Of a stretch of 64,000 nt of DNA, positions 46,801 to 55,693 are shown piece after piece. Numbering within the stretch: the stretch's first letter is position 1; each line of letters opens with the position of its first letter. This DNA comes from a virus (lineage: Duplodnaviria > Caudoviricetes): the IMG/VR virus record IMGVR_UViG_3300008740_000001, positions 128,001-192,000 of that record; one strand, 5' to 3'. The notes beneath the pieces are model-generated. The model did not search any database. It saw only the letters and a program-made list of their open reading frames with translations, and was not told the origin of the DNA. A program made the position numbers and the translations under genes.

Positions 46801-48136
46801 CGGCACAAAAATGAAACAACACGCTCGACAGATTAGGTTGCGATGGGATGAAGCCGCCTACGCGGGCAACCAAACTGCCGAAGCTCTCATTATCTTAGTT
46901 GATTGGATAGAACAAAACTTTGAAAAGATGAAGACTGAAGCAGAAAGATGGGTGGCGACAGATACACTTAGAGAACAAGCTGCGTCTCCCCGTGCAGGCA
47001 TATGGGACCTTGATAAAGATTTGCCTCACGAATGGACCCAGAGAGTCAAACGCCAGATGGTGAACTTAGGCGCTACTTTTAGTCAAAAAGAAGCATACAA
47101 TCCTAATTATCTAAAAGGCAGTCCCAATCCAGAGATTAGCTCTGATGAGTATGCGGCTAGCCGAGGTATCGATAGCGATGCAGAGATCAATGATGTGCCA
47201 GAATTGAAAGAAGAAATTTATAAGAGACTAGATAAAATTGTTATGAAGAAAAAAATAAAGTCACACCTCGAAGAGAAGTTCAGGCTTCGAAAAGATGAGC
47301 AGAGGGAAAAAGTAAAGTCTGAGCTGCAGAAAAAGCTCAGACTTCAGAAGGAAAAGCAGAAGCAAGATGTCCGGCAGCTGATCAAGAGTAAACTTACTGA
47401 GCTTGACACCGGATACACGCAGCGTACTTATAAAATTACGATGCGAATCGCTATGGCAAAAGAGCACGGCGGCAAGCGCGACGAGACGGAGAACGAGATC
47501 CGTGGCGTCCTCGGCGTGGGTACGGTAAAAATTCTTCCGGGTACCACTAGGCAGGACGGCAGCAACTACTACGCCGATGTTTTGGTCAAGTTCTCACTCC
47601 TTGGAAAACATTCAGTGACTCAATACATTCGAAGCCAACTACTTCCCTCAATGCGCAGTATCGAGGGCCTTAGTGTGTTGCGGATGGATCGTTATGAGGA
47701 AGTAAACCCTCAATCACCGATAGCAGAAACCACTTCAACAAGATTTGCCTATTCCTCCGACGCGCCTGACCGGTCCTCGGTGCGACCAACGCCTACGCCA
47801 ACAATCGATCAGATCGCCCAAGATTGGATGACAACCGGAGAAGATCGAATGGGGATCAATGTAAGTAATTTGGCAGCACAGGTGAGACAAGAGACGATGA
47901 TTCCCGTGGAAGAGTTAATGAGATATTTGGGTACGAATTATTATAGCGCGACCATGACAGAGTTCGAGGATGCTAAAGAAAAATTGATTAATTATGGCCC
48001 CAAAGAGCCTGTTATGATAGCTGTGGGCCGAAATGGTCGAGTTAAGATAATTTCGGGCGACGACATCGTAATGGCTGCAAAAGACATAGGCTTAGAAGAG
48101 TTGCCAGTTGTGTTCAGCCTGCAGTTACAAGTTTAA
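43886..48136 (+). CDS. Large multidomain putative virion protein with C-terminal ParB-like domain
   Basis: 1416 aa; leader MKSMKKILAEFREY; C-terminus YGPKEPVMIAVG...IISGDD..MAAKDIGLEELPV. Confidence 0.65.
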   Translation: MKSMKKILAEFREYTQKVNSLEKVIEARKAKQKQLGEDREILDEISSQSAEKIYDWMRDTDGMPYDFEELFDGAMRVYFPLASDDQMKLAKVVKELKSANWGVPEIDIGYGPHKAFETKKVKQKLQRLAADGGGEYEIEVDVADLRLVRKTQKVIPAGPRAGETVEKKEETTMSKAIARLVKGGQLDKGMYEWWQAKQVLYTRDGQHKQIEKAFSGEDGSSYSVVVSRHPIDVLRMSDISNIRSCHSEGSEYFHCAIAEAKGHGPIAYLVKTEDLENHLMDKADDRNPVQQLGHDLTYLDRDEYREKITTEYDLDSVQGRMLYLETWAHTTEGARWLAMFERDVKMASKPDQFRTQKYQAMTIRLGIFDGGEALRAYHKWWKSDRAPGGVAIHLGMNQPPPGVSEKDWKEAYDAVYNKPEEKDTGLKPLSNFDDQELFRDRDRRIQGIGAAARVRLRKFEEPMRFGTFAVPEVRVYGANVPGFVDSVKEWAVEGQRDQFVGDDGDLAFPRRADLTRRGGSYGDNRDGDILNRFFRKMASADDDDSWREPYDPHQDVYKDDDDEENEMEQRWEEYERETEELNEHANNTLKHCYASGHVDGDEEPYVHADGGVEYEIDLGWKNYVEEDGKYYPADANENIIDGFEIPKSWGGDWAIRNAFDGALTDPVDYYPEETDWEIDSGGDGVTLRVRHRISCDECTNPQEFEYFIDMMESDIDANYRENLEKIRRSLVEAEYLAPNDWDNLEDDFSEMEESLKNWSVIGVGDEDGEVIFSLNPVDSLPGSNKLFTGIKWPYPSGSHMSNLTTLQGLFGGTTATFGIERYVSLSPNANERGGYSSGQQGRGGMLFAKRFRGLQQAANEYAKRQLDLDFGPEYERKADPLVGLAKNIELGITLGTNAASYTESDETLELAFHMRVKVFSDHTSDEIEAAFNFVKYIDANMSLLKEVVVAAFDDEIIAWHEQRKADERAMTDGTKMKQHARQIRLRWDEAAYAGNQTAEALIILVDWIEQNFEKMKTEAERWVATDTLREQAASPRAGIWDLDKDLPHEWTQRVKRQMVNLGATFSQKEAYNPNYLKGSPNPEISSDEYAASRGIDSDAEINDVPELKEEIYKRLDKIVMKKKIKSHLEEKFRLRKDEQREKVKSELQKKLRLQKEKQKQDVRQLIKSKLTELDTGYTQRTYKITMRIAMAKEHGGKRDETENEIRGVLGVGTVKILPGTTRQDGSNYYADVLVKFSLLGKHSVTQYIRSQLLPSMRSIEGLSVLRMDRYEEVNPQSPIAETTSTRFAYSSDAPDRSSVRPTPTPTIDQIAQDWMTTGEDRMGINVSNLAAQVRQETMIPVEELMRYLGTNYYSATMTEFEDAKEKLINYGPKEPVMIAVGRNGRVKIISGDDIVMAAKDIGLEELPVVFSLQLQV

Positions 48137-48214
48137 AGTTTTTTACCTATTCTCCTGAAAAACCGTTTTAAGCTCATAGTTACTTATGGGTAAAGAGGCT
48201 TTTGTCTCGATGGT

Positions 48215-49045
48215 GTGAGGGAGGATCTATTTTTGAAATGGGTAAAATATTTCGTAAGAACAATAGTGTTGTCACTTCTAGCAGTGTTGGTTCTGCCAGT
48301 TGCAATACAAAACGACGGCCCGGGCCGCGTAATCGAAAGTGCGAGAGAGAGAACGTTTGAGACGGTAGAACAGACTACACGAGATCTTACAACAGCACAG
48401 ATAGCAAGCTTGAGTCGATCACAGTTGGTGTCTAGAAGGACCGCTGTAAAAGTGTGGTGCGCAAACCCACTCAGCGATGACGTGCGCGGCAGCGGAACAT
48501 ATGTAAAATACAAGGGACGATACTTGGTCATCACGGCAGCACACGTCGTCTCGCCATCCTTTCTTCCGCCAGAATTGCAAAGCGCAAATGAGATATCTGT
48601 AGAGCCATCTTCGGGCCAGACTTTTGGCGCTGAAGTTGTCTATGTGGATAAGGATCAGGATATTGCTATATTGTTACTGCCAAATCGCTTACCGGATATG
48701 ATTCCCGTGAAGCTTGACTTGGCCAGTCCGTTTGATGTGAAGATCGGAGATCCAATTGTTTATACCGGCTCGCCTTCGCATCATGATAATTTAACTATTT
48801 TTGGCAGAGTCGCAGGAAATACCGATGGAGGCGACTTCTTAATGCATTCATACGCATGGCCCGGCGCTTCCGGCGCAGGAGTCTTCGATTCCCGAGGTCG
48901 CTTAGTAGGCGTATTATATGGCATAGATATGGGTGTCGGCCCCGGAGGTATTCCAACAATGGTCGAGGATATAGTATACTTTACTCCTATTTGGAGAATC
49001 GCTCAAGATTTATTGAACACTAAGTTGGAGGAACAAGGTAAATAG
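48215..49045 (+). CDS. Membrane-anchored trypsin-like serine protease
   Basis: GSG, ITAAHV (His), DIAIL (Asp), PGASGAGV (Ser); N-terminal TM segment. Confidence 0.9.
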   Translation: MREDLFLKWVKYFVRTIVLSLLAVLVLPVAIQNDGPGRVIESARERTFETVEQTTRDLTTAQIASLSRSQLVSRRTAVKVWCANPLSDDVRGSGTYVKYKGRYLVITAAHVVSPSFLPPELQSANEISVEPSSGQTFGAEVVYVDKDQDIAILLLPNRLPDMIPVKLDLASPFDVKIGDPIVYTGSPSHHDNLTIFGRVAGNTDGGDFLMHSYAWPGASGAGVFDSRGRLVGVLYGIDMGVGPGGIPTMVEDIVYFTPIWRIAQDLLNTKLEEQGK

Positions 49046-49062
49046 CTAGGAGGTGTGAGACC

Positions 49063-50097
49063 GTGAAAAATATCATAAAATCAATTTTGTTCGCTATGTT
49101 GGCTGGGGTTACGACTACCGGCTGCATGCAGCCCGATTATGCCATAGTAGGCAAGGGCGAAACAGTATACGTAGAAGTACCGGGTGACGAGGTGATCGTC
49201 GAGGTAGAAGTGCCGGTGTATATTGAAGTAGAAGTGCCGGGTGAAACTGAGTACGGGGAGATATGGGTTGATCACTTTACTCAGCCTCTCAGTGTTGACG
49301 GAGTAGACATACTTTGGGTCATCGATACTTCTGGCTCAATGTATCGGTACGAAGATGAACTAATGGCGGGGATCGAAGCAATGCTCGGAGCCTTGCCGGA
49401 ATCAGGCTGGCGATTGGCCATGATTTCTAACGACCCCAGCAAAGCATTGATCGAAGCACAATTTCCACTAGTGCCCGGAGATGATATTGACGACGCGACC
49501 GACATGTATAATGCAATGGGTCGCGGAGGATTTGAAGAAGGCTTCGACGCAGTGTACGAATACATCGTTAATAATTCTTATGCAGCGACTTGGATGCGAA
49601 CCGATGCGGCCCTACTAGTCGTGTTTGTATCAGACGAAGAAGAACAGAGCAACCAATATATGATCAATGTCAGTGACTTTACATCATGGTATGGTAGCTT
49701 GCGCGGCGGTTCTGCATTTACCTCTAGTATAGTAAATGTTGAGGCTGCAGACTCCGTGTGTCCTGCACCGCCTTCCACTATAAACATTGGACATCGCTAT
49801 ATGGAAGCCACCAATCATTTTGGCGGCATTATTGTGGATATCTGCGCCGAGGACTGGTCACCGGGGGTTACAGACGCTTCCGCGCAAATAGAACCTCATG
49901 AGTTTTGGGAGCTTACCCATGTGCCTGCGCACGAAGCCACTATCCGTGTCTTTCATGATGGAGTGCTGAATTGGGATTGGTACTATGAAGCTTCAGACAA
50001 TACGGTTCAATTTACCGTTGTTCCATCGGGGAACGTGTTAGTTGAGATCGCTTATCATTATGAGCCCGAGGAAGAAGACACGGGAGATACTGGGTAA
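49063..50097 (+). CDS. vWA-domain lipoprotein
   Basis: Lipobox-like TTG-C; MIDAS DTSGS; VSDEEEQS; VEVP repeats; DTGDTG tail. Confidence 0.8.
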   Translation: MKNIIKSILFAMLAGVTTTGCMQPDYAIVGKGETVYVEVPGDEVIVEVEVPVYIEVEVPGETEYGEIWVDHFTQPLSVDGVDILWVIDTSGSMYRYEDELMAGIEAMLGALPESGWRLAMISNDPSKALIEAQFPLVPGDDIDDATDMYNAMGRGGFEEGFDAVYEYIVNNSYAATWMRTDAALLVVFVSDEEEQSNQYMINVSDFTSWYGSLRGGSAFTSSIVNVEAADSVCPAPPSTINIGHRYMEATNHFGGIIVDICAEDWSPGVTDASAQIEPHEFWELTHVPAHEATIRVFHDGVLNWDWYYEASDNTVQFTVVPSGNVLVEIAYHYEPEEEDTGDTG

Positions 50098-50117
50098 ACC
50101 ACTAGTTACACAATGTC

Positions 50118-50405
50118 ATGGAATTCTTTGTCCTCACTACTCTCTTTGGAGCCGGCGCACTTTACTGTTTGGCTTTGTTCTTGATGGCCAAGGAGCGTGA
50201 TCGTCGTGTCGAAACTTTGTTAACGAGTTATGCAAGAGATCTGGACGAGGTATATGCTCGCTATAATCACCCAGTAGTCATTGATAAAAATAACGTCATA
50301 AACGTGGATTTTACCGAAGTAGAGCCGTCAGATATAGAGTCCGCTTTAAAATACAAGCTGGTATATGACGAAGTTCTAGGCATCTACTATAAGACGCCGA
50401 GATAA
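50118..50405 (+). CDS. Membrane-anchored hypothetical protein
   Basis: N-terminal TM helix. Confidence 0.5.
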   Translation: MEFFVLTTLFGAGALYCLALFLMAKERDRRVETLLTSYARDLDEVYARYNHPVVIDKNNVINVDFTEVEPSDIESALKYKLVYDEVLGIYYKTPR

Positions 50406-50454
50406 AGATTAACCGTTTAGCGTACTATTTATTGCTGTACTTTGGGAGATTATT

Positions 50455-50682
50455 ATGTTACAATGGTTAAGAGTAGATTCCAAAAGAATCCTGAAACTAG
50501 AATCTGAAGTTGAGGATCTAAAAAAAGAAGTGGACTATCTCAGGAATCAGAATAAAGCGATGCTGGAGTACATCGAAAATATTAGTAAGTACGAAAAGCA
50601 ATTGATAAACACAATAGAACAATTAACACAAGAATTATCAGGTAAATTAAATGATGCCGCAGGAGAAAAGTATGTCGGATGA
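50455..50682 (+). CDS. Coiled-coil hypothetical protein
   Basis: Heptad pattern; GGGAG SD. Confidence 0.5.
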   Translation: MLQWLRVDSKRILKLESEVEDLKKEVDYLRNQNKAMLEYIENISKYEKQLINTIEQLTQELSGKLNDAAGEKYVG

Positions 50683-51019
50683 GCCGAAATCAACAGAGGA
50701 TGAGGTGCCCACCGATCCTGAAGATCTTAAACCAAAGCGCCCCTCCAAACGCGCTCCCGAGGGAATTCGTATGTTTACTGTGTGTAGGCAAAGCGACGAA
50801 ACCGGAATTTCTGGAGAGGGCGTGGTGATCGAAGGCGTAACTTTCGCCACGGGACACACGGTTATTCACTGGCTAACACCGGCTCCTCGCGGGTCTATCG
50901 CTTTCTTTGATGCTTACGATGATTTCATCAAGATACACGTCACTAGTCACCCGTCCAACAATACGATCATCACTTTCGAAGACGGGGAGCAAACTCTGTA
51001 TGAAGGGAAGGAGTTGTAG
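50672..51019 (+). CDS. Conserved phage hypothetical protein
   Basis: DETGISGEGVVIEGV.F..G..VIHW pattern; AGGAG SD. Confidence 0.6.
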   Translation: MSDEPKSTEDEVPTDPEDLKPKRPSKRAPEGIRMFTVCRQSDETGISGEGVVIEGVTFATGHTVIHWLTPAPRGSIAFFDAYDDFIKIHVTSHPSNNTIITFEDGEQTLYEGKEL

Positions 51020-52429
51020 ATGGCATACGGCTTTCGACATGGCCACCTTGATATTTCCGGTTCAGTGGCTTCCGATGACATATCCTACATGGACGACTCG
51101 GATACCCTCATCGACTTTGGCAGTGACAGGATCAAGCTTAAGACGAACAATACTAGCCGACTAGAGGTTGGAAACAATCGAATATCGATTAAAGACCAGC
51201 TAGTTGTTGGCTCAGTTGACGTAGGTACATGGGCGCTAACTCCCCCAAGCGAAGATGTTCTTCACGTTCAAGATGGTACGGTCGTTTTTCAACGGAATAG
51301 TGCAGATGCTTTTGGCCTGACTCTAGCTTTTAACAAAAGTCGCAATGCCACAGACGGCTCCAACACCATTGTTCAAGACAACGACGCGATTGGATATATT
51401 CACTTTATGGGAAATGATGGCGCAGGGTACGAAGAACTAGCCTGCATCCAAGCGTCAGTCGATGGCACCCCCGGCAGCGATGACATGCCCGGTCGCCTTG
51501 AATTCAGCACCACACCAGATGGAGACAACGAGGTTGTCGAGAGAATGAGGATTGATTCAACAGGTAAGGTTGGAATTGGTACGACTAACCCGACTAACAA
51601 ACTTCACGTATACGGTAATTCATCAAACGAATATGTCGCGCTTATTGATAACGACCAATCTGGTCAAGGACATGTCCTAAAGATTTCTTCAGATGGAGTG
51701 GGCACTGACACTGATATTTTCTTAGCGGAATCTGGAAACGGCACAGTATTCAAAATCAGAGGTGATGGAAGGGTTGGTATCGGTGTAGCCACCCCCGGCT
51801 CGACATTATCTGTAGATGATGAAATAGCCGTTGGCGAAAAACTGATTCACAGAGGAGATCCTGACACATACCTCCAGTTTCCGGGGCAAAATCAAATAAA
51901 CTTGGTTGCTAATGGACACTCTTTCCTAAAGTATGACGGCAACATTAAAATAAATAACGCAAATCGAGATCGCGACACACAAATCATGGCGGACGATGGC
52001 GCAGTTGTATTGCATGTTGACGCTGGAGATAACACAGTTGGTATCGCAACGACTTCCCCGAAGTCTACTTTGTCTGTCGCTGGCTCACTAGCAATAAACG
52101 TTACTGGTATAAACTCTAGCAATGATCCCGGCACCACGTATTCAATGGCGGCTACCGACTGTGTATTGCTGATCAACACTCGCGCCGCCAACGAGGGCGG
52201 GATTGACAGCGCGATAACAGTAACCTTGCCGGCGGCCGCAAGTTTCCCCGGCAGAGTGGTTACGATCAAGGATGCGGCAGGCAACGCAGACAATAATGCC
52301 ATCACCATTTCCCGTGCTGGAAGTGACACGATCAATGGAATCGATCAGACTGTTACTTTATCTACGCCATCTAGTTATAAGACACTTATATCGGACGGCG
52401 TGGATTCATGGCAGGAAATTGGAAGCTAA
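51020..52429 (+). CDS. Tail fibre / virion fibre-like protein
   Basis: Repeated G.VGIGT..P units and C-terminal TLPAA...IKD..GNA..NAITI..AGSDTI. Confidence 0.7.
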   Translation: MAYGFRHGHLDISGSVASDDISYMDDSDTLIDFGSDRIKLKTNNTSRLEVGNNRISIKDQLVVGSVDVGTWALTPPSEDVLHVQDGTVVFQRNSADAFGLTLAFNKSRNATDGSNTIVQDNDAIGYIHFMGNDGAGYEELACIQASVDGTPGSDDMPGRLEFSTTPDGDNEVVERMRIDSTGKVGIGTTNPTNKLHVYGNSSNEYVALIDNDQSGQGHVLKISSDGVGTDTDIFLAESGNGTVFKIRGDGRVGIGVATPGSTLSVDDEIAVGEKLIHRGDPDTYLQFPGQNQINLVANGHSFLKYDGNIKINNANRDRDTQIMADDGAVVLHVDAGDNTVGIATTSPKSTLSVAGSLAINVTGINSSNDPGTTYSMAATDCVLLINTRAANEGGIDSAITVTLPAAASFPGRVVTIKDAAGNADNNAITISRAGSDTINGIDQTVTLSTPSSYKTLISDGVDSWQEIGS

Positions 52430-52446
52430 CAAGGATACTTATAGAT

Positions 52447-53406
52447 ATGGAAGACTGGAATGATTTTAAGCGCATGATACGAGAGGTGGCGGAACCTACC
52501 CCCTTCAAGAGCGCAGCACAAAAGAGATATAAGAAGCTAAGAAAGAAGAACGATATTTACTCGTCACCGGCTGGACACAAGAATCTGAGCAGTGGAAGTC
52601 CGTTTAGCGGAAAAACCCAACGAGCCGGAACTGACAGGCTGCGCTTCGAAGAAGAAGTTGATCCAAGCAGTATCGACTTGTCTAGCTTTGAAATTCAGGA
52701 TGATTTGGAACGAAACTTGTGGTCTGCGAAAGATGAACTTAAACCACTGATGCGCGAGTATATGCTGAAGATCGCACTAGACTTTATCGAAAGTTTGGAT
52801 ATCCCAGTCAAGGTTACTGATATAAGGCTGACTGGTTCTATCGCAAATTTTAACTGGTCAAAGTATTCTGATGTTGATCTTCACATTATTGTAGACTTTT
52901 CAGATTATGGCGACGAGGAAGAACTTGTGCGAGGCTATTTCGATGGCAAGCGCATTGTCTGGAACAACAATCATGATATTAAATTAGCTGGCTATGATGT
53001 CGAACTTTACGTTGAAGGCGACGACGATGTGCATATTTCAACCGGCATGTATTCGGTTATTCACAACAAGTGGTTAACGAAGCCAACAAAAGAAGAGAAG
53101 GCTATAGAGTATGACTTGATCCGACAGAAGGCTGCTGGCTTAATGGATATGATCGAAGCTGCACAAGAAACCTTGCAGCGCAAAGATTACAAAGCCGCAC
53201 ATTTGTTTTCTGAAAAACTAAAAGAGAAGATTCGCAATATGAGAAAGTGCGGCTTGGAAAAGGCTGGCGCCTACTCCGTTGAGAACTTGTCTTTCAAGGT
53301 ACTAAGAAGAAACGGATACCTAGGCATGCTATCGGATGTTAAGAATAAGGCGTATGATGGACTGCACACGCACGATCCCCAAGGGGGCATAGTGATTAAG
53401 GTGTGA
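52447..53406 (+). CDS. Pol-beta-superfamily nucleotidyltransferase
   Basis: LTGSIANFNWSKYSDVDLH (GS...DxD) and a downstream acidic VELYVE. Confidence 0.75.
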   Translation: MEDWNDFKRMIREVAEPTPFKSAAQKRYKKLRKKNDIYSSPAGHKNLSSGSPFSGKTQRAGTDRLRFEEEVDPSSIDLSSFEIQDDLERNLWSAKDELKPLMREYMLKIALDFIESLDIPVKVTDIRLTGSIANFNWSKYSDVDLHIIVDFSDYGDEEELVRGYFDGKRIVWNNNHDIKLAGYDVELYVEGDDDVHISTGMYSVIHNKWLTKPTKEEKAIEYDLIRQKAAGLMDMIEAAQETLQRKDYKAAHLFSEKLKEKIRNMRKCGLEKAGAYSVENLSFKVLRRNGYLGMLSDVKNKAYDGLHTHDPQGGIVIKV

Positions 53407-53678
53407 GGTATAGCTATAAAATTGGCGACTTAGTAGAGATTCGGCACCCTTACGGTAGTGAGGAGTGCAGCTATACGATAGGGCTAATTTTAGCTGTCAA
53501 TAGAATACCTATTGAGTCGCCTCTTAATTCCGAGCGTACAAAATATAAAATTTATTGGTTGACAAGTGCCGGAAAATATGTTAAAAATTGGATAGACGCT
53601 GAAAAGATTTCACTGATTGTTGCCGTGGAGGGCAACGAAGCAAGATACGCACAATATAGAGCAAAAGATGAGCGATGA
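53403..53678 (+). CDS. Small SH3-like protein
   Basis: YKIGDLVEI...IGLI...YKIYW. Confidence 0.5.
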   Translation: MRYSYKIGDLVEIRHPYGSEECSYTIGLILAVNRIPIESPLNSERTKYKIYWLTSAGKYVKNWIDAEKISLIVAVEGNEARYAQYRAKDER

Positions 53679-54006
53679 ATTTACAGTAGATGATAGACTC
53701 CTGACAATACAATTCTTGGGCGTACTACACACATGGCTGCAAGAGACGAAAGCAGAAAAAGAAAGAGAATTGGAACTATTGCAGTTGCAAGAGGGAATAG
53801 TAAAGATCATGTTCGCAAGAATTTCAAGGCCGGAGGATTTCCACACCGAAGAAGTCATTGAGGCCGGCGAGAAAGTATTCTCAGAGAACTGGGAAGAAAT
53901 GCTAGAGCAAGAAATAAAGAAGCTGAATGAATCAGAGCCTCTCCCCGAAACCGAGAGGGACAACATTATTGATTTTTCAGCATGGAAAAAAAAGGATGAG
54001 GACTGA
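53668..54006 (+). CDS. Acidic hypothetical protein
   Basis: ORF ending NIIDFSAWKKK. Confidence 0.5.
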   Translation: MSDEFTVDDRLLTIQFLGVLHTWLQETKAEKERELELLQLQEGIVKIMFARISRPEDFHTEEVIEAGEKVFSENWEEMLEQEIKKLNESEPLPETERDNIIDFSAWKKKDED

Positions 54007-54239
54007 TGACAATTAGAATAGGCGACTTGGTAGAGCACTGTGAATATCCGGGCTACCGAGGTATAGTGAGAGAGGTTCTCGCAACACGCGGGAATGGCAA
54101 GGCTCGTACCATAAAGGTTAGTTGGTTCCCTCCCCTGTCTGATGCATCTCCTAAGCAACGCTGGCAAACAATGCACGTTGAAGGCACAACAAGCGTGTCG
54201 GTGTTGGATGTAAGGCAGATTTCAGCCTTGGGCACTTAA
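54006..54239 (+). CDS. Small SH3-like protein
   Basis: IRIGDLVEH...GIV...VSW. Confidence 0.55.
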   Translation: MTIRIGDLVEHCEYPGYRGIVREVLATRGNGKARTIKVSWFPPLSDASPKQRWQTMHVEGTTSVSVLDVRQISALGT

Positions 54240-54523
54240 TGATGGCTGGCATCGTCGGCGCCCTAGTACAACTTAAGAACTGGCAATCGTCAAAAGACGG
54301 GAAGTCTCAAAGTGGGATAATCCTCTCAAAGCCTTTGCCTGCATCGCGGTTGTATCATCATGACTTTCTGGATGGTTATCGTCCAGATTGGGATCGATTT
54401 GGGTTCATGGAGCCGCACCACCCGGCCAACACTATGGATAACATGGTGCTTGTTTATTGGCCAAGCAATTCAACTGAGCGTTGGCACTTGATGAAAGATT
54501 TAGAATTTTTAAGTATGCCGTGA
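54239..54523 (+). CDS. Small SH3-like protein
   Basis: VGALVQL...GII...VYWP...DLEFL. Confidence 0.5.
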   Translation: MMAGIVGALVQLKNWQSSKDGKSQSGIILSKPLPASRLYHHDFLDGYRPDWDRFGFMEPHHPANTMDNMVLVYWPSNSTERWHLMKDLEFLSMP

Positions 54524-54533
54524 TAGTTACTAT

Positions 54534-54830
54534 GTGGGTGACTGTGAGACTATCAAGCCAAAGAAGGGCGATTTAGTAAGGTGGATTTATGATTATGCTT
54601 TGTATGCAGCTGACGACAAAGGCAACGCTTGGCCTCACGATCCACAATATGAATACGGCGTGATCATGGAAGTTTCACACTCAGACCCACATGCCATAAT
54701 AGTTTTTAGTACAACGACTAAGATGTGGCATGTTGCTCATATGGTTGACGACGACATCGAAATCATCAGCGAGTCCAGAAACAAGGTGGTGATTCCCACC
54801 GCCGAGGAGATCAAGAAGTATGAAAAGTAA
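54534..54830 (+). CDS. Small SH3-like protein
   Basis: KKGDLVRW...GVIM...IEIISES. Confidence 0.55.
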   Translation: MGDCETIKPKKGDLVRWIYDYALYAADDKGNAWPHDPQYEYGVIMEVSHSDPHAIIVFSTTTKMWHVAHMVDDDIEIISESRNKVVIPTAEEIKKYEK

Positions 54831-54906
54831 ACTTTTCGACGAGATCAGGGGCGAGAATGAGTTAAAAACTTTGCGCCAAAATTTTCCTCTTTGGCAGACA
54901 GGTAGG

Positions 54907-54935
54907 TTGACATGAACGCACAGGCGGGTTATAAT
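54907..54935 (+). promoter_or_regulatory. Sigma70-type promoter
   Basis: TTGACA-N17-TATAAT, perfect consensus. Confidence 0.8.
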
Positions 54936-54941
54936 AATGGT

Positions 54942-55130
54942 ATGAATTGGGATAGAATCATAGAAGTGGGTGATTTGGTGAAGGTTGTGCCAAGCAGTTA
55001 TACGCTTAGGGATGAAATACTTACAGGCATCGTGATAAAAAAGATGAAAACCTGCGGGTTTTTTATCGTTTATCATAATGGTATTTATCACCAAAACGTC
55101 CACCTTGAAGAAATGGAGAAGTATCCTTAA
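54942..55130 (+). CDS. Small SH3-like protein
   Basis: IEVGDLVKV...GIVI. Confidence 0.5.
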   Translation: MNWDRIIEVGDLVKVVPSSYTLRDEILTGIVIKKMKTCGFFIVYHNGIYHQNVHLEEMEKYP

Positions 55131-55315
55131 TGTGGGAAGAAGTGTTTTACAAAGTAAAGTATCTAGACAAGAGCACAAACGCTTCTATGCAGGCACTCAT
55201 AAGTGCACCACCATCAAAAACTATTGAGAGAGTACGCGAAATATTATCAGAAGTATATCCTCGATGGGAAATCGAGAGCATTACGGTGACTCTATATACG
55301 CCGATAGACAAGTAA
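55130..55315 (+). CDS. Hypothetical protein
   Basis: Coupled ORF (TAATG) with GGAG upstream. Confidence 0.45.
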   Translation: MWEEVFYKVKYLDKSTNASMQALISAPPSKTIERVREILSEVYPRWEIESITVTLYTPIDK

Positions 55316-55342
55316 AATCGTTCCCGCGCCTCTACTTAGTGC

Positions 55343-55660
55343 GTGGGCGATTCAAACATAAAAAAGGGCGTGCTTGTGCGCCCTGTGGTATTTTTTAGTC
55401 AATGGCTGGGAGTAGTGTTGACCGACCCTGTGCAGTATGTGCCAACCGATAATGAACTGGAAATGGCCGGTTACGCGCCAACTCAAGAGTTTTATTGGGA
55501 AGGGGTCGAAGTTGTCAACGTATATTGGTTTACTGAGGGGATGGCCTCCGAAGAATTTATAGACTTTCTGGAGGTAGTGTCGCCACCTGTTGACCACCTC
55601 GATGACCCCGATTTTGCTGAAAAAATGTTCAATTTTTACTGGACAGACGACGATGATTAG
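55343..55660 (+). CDS. Small SH3-like protein
   Basis: IKKGVLVRP...GVVL...LEVVS. Confidence 0.5.
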   Translation: MGDSNIKKGVLVRPVVFFSQWLGVVLTDPVQYVPTDNELEMAGYAPTQEFYWEGVEVVNVYWFTEGMASEEFIDFLEVVSPPVDHLDDPDFAEKMFNFYWTDDDD

Positions 55661-55693
55661 GTTATAATATACTATGTAATCTAGGAGAGCTTT

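Noticed and set aside
53559-53587. Sigma70 promoter inside the 53403 ORF
   Set aside because: TTGACA is present but the -10 at N17 (TAAAAA) is poor.
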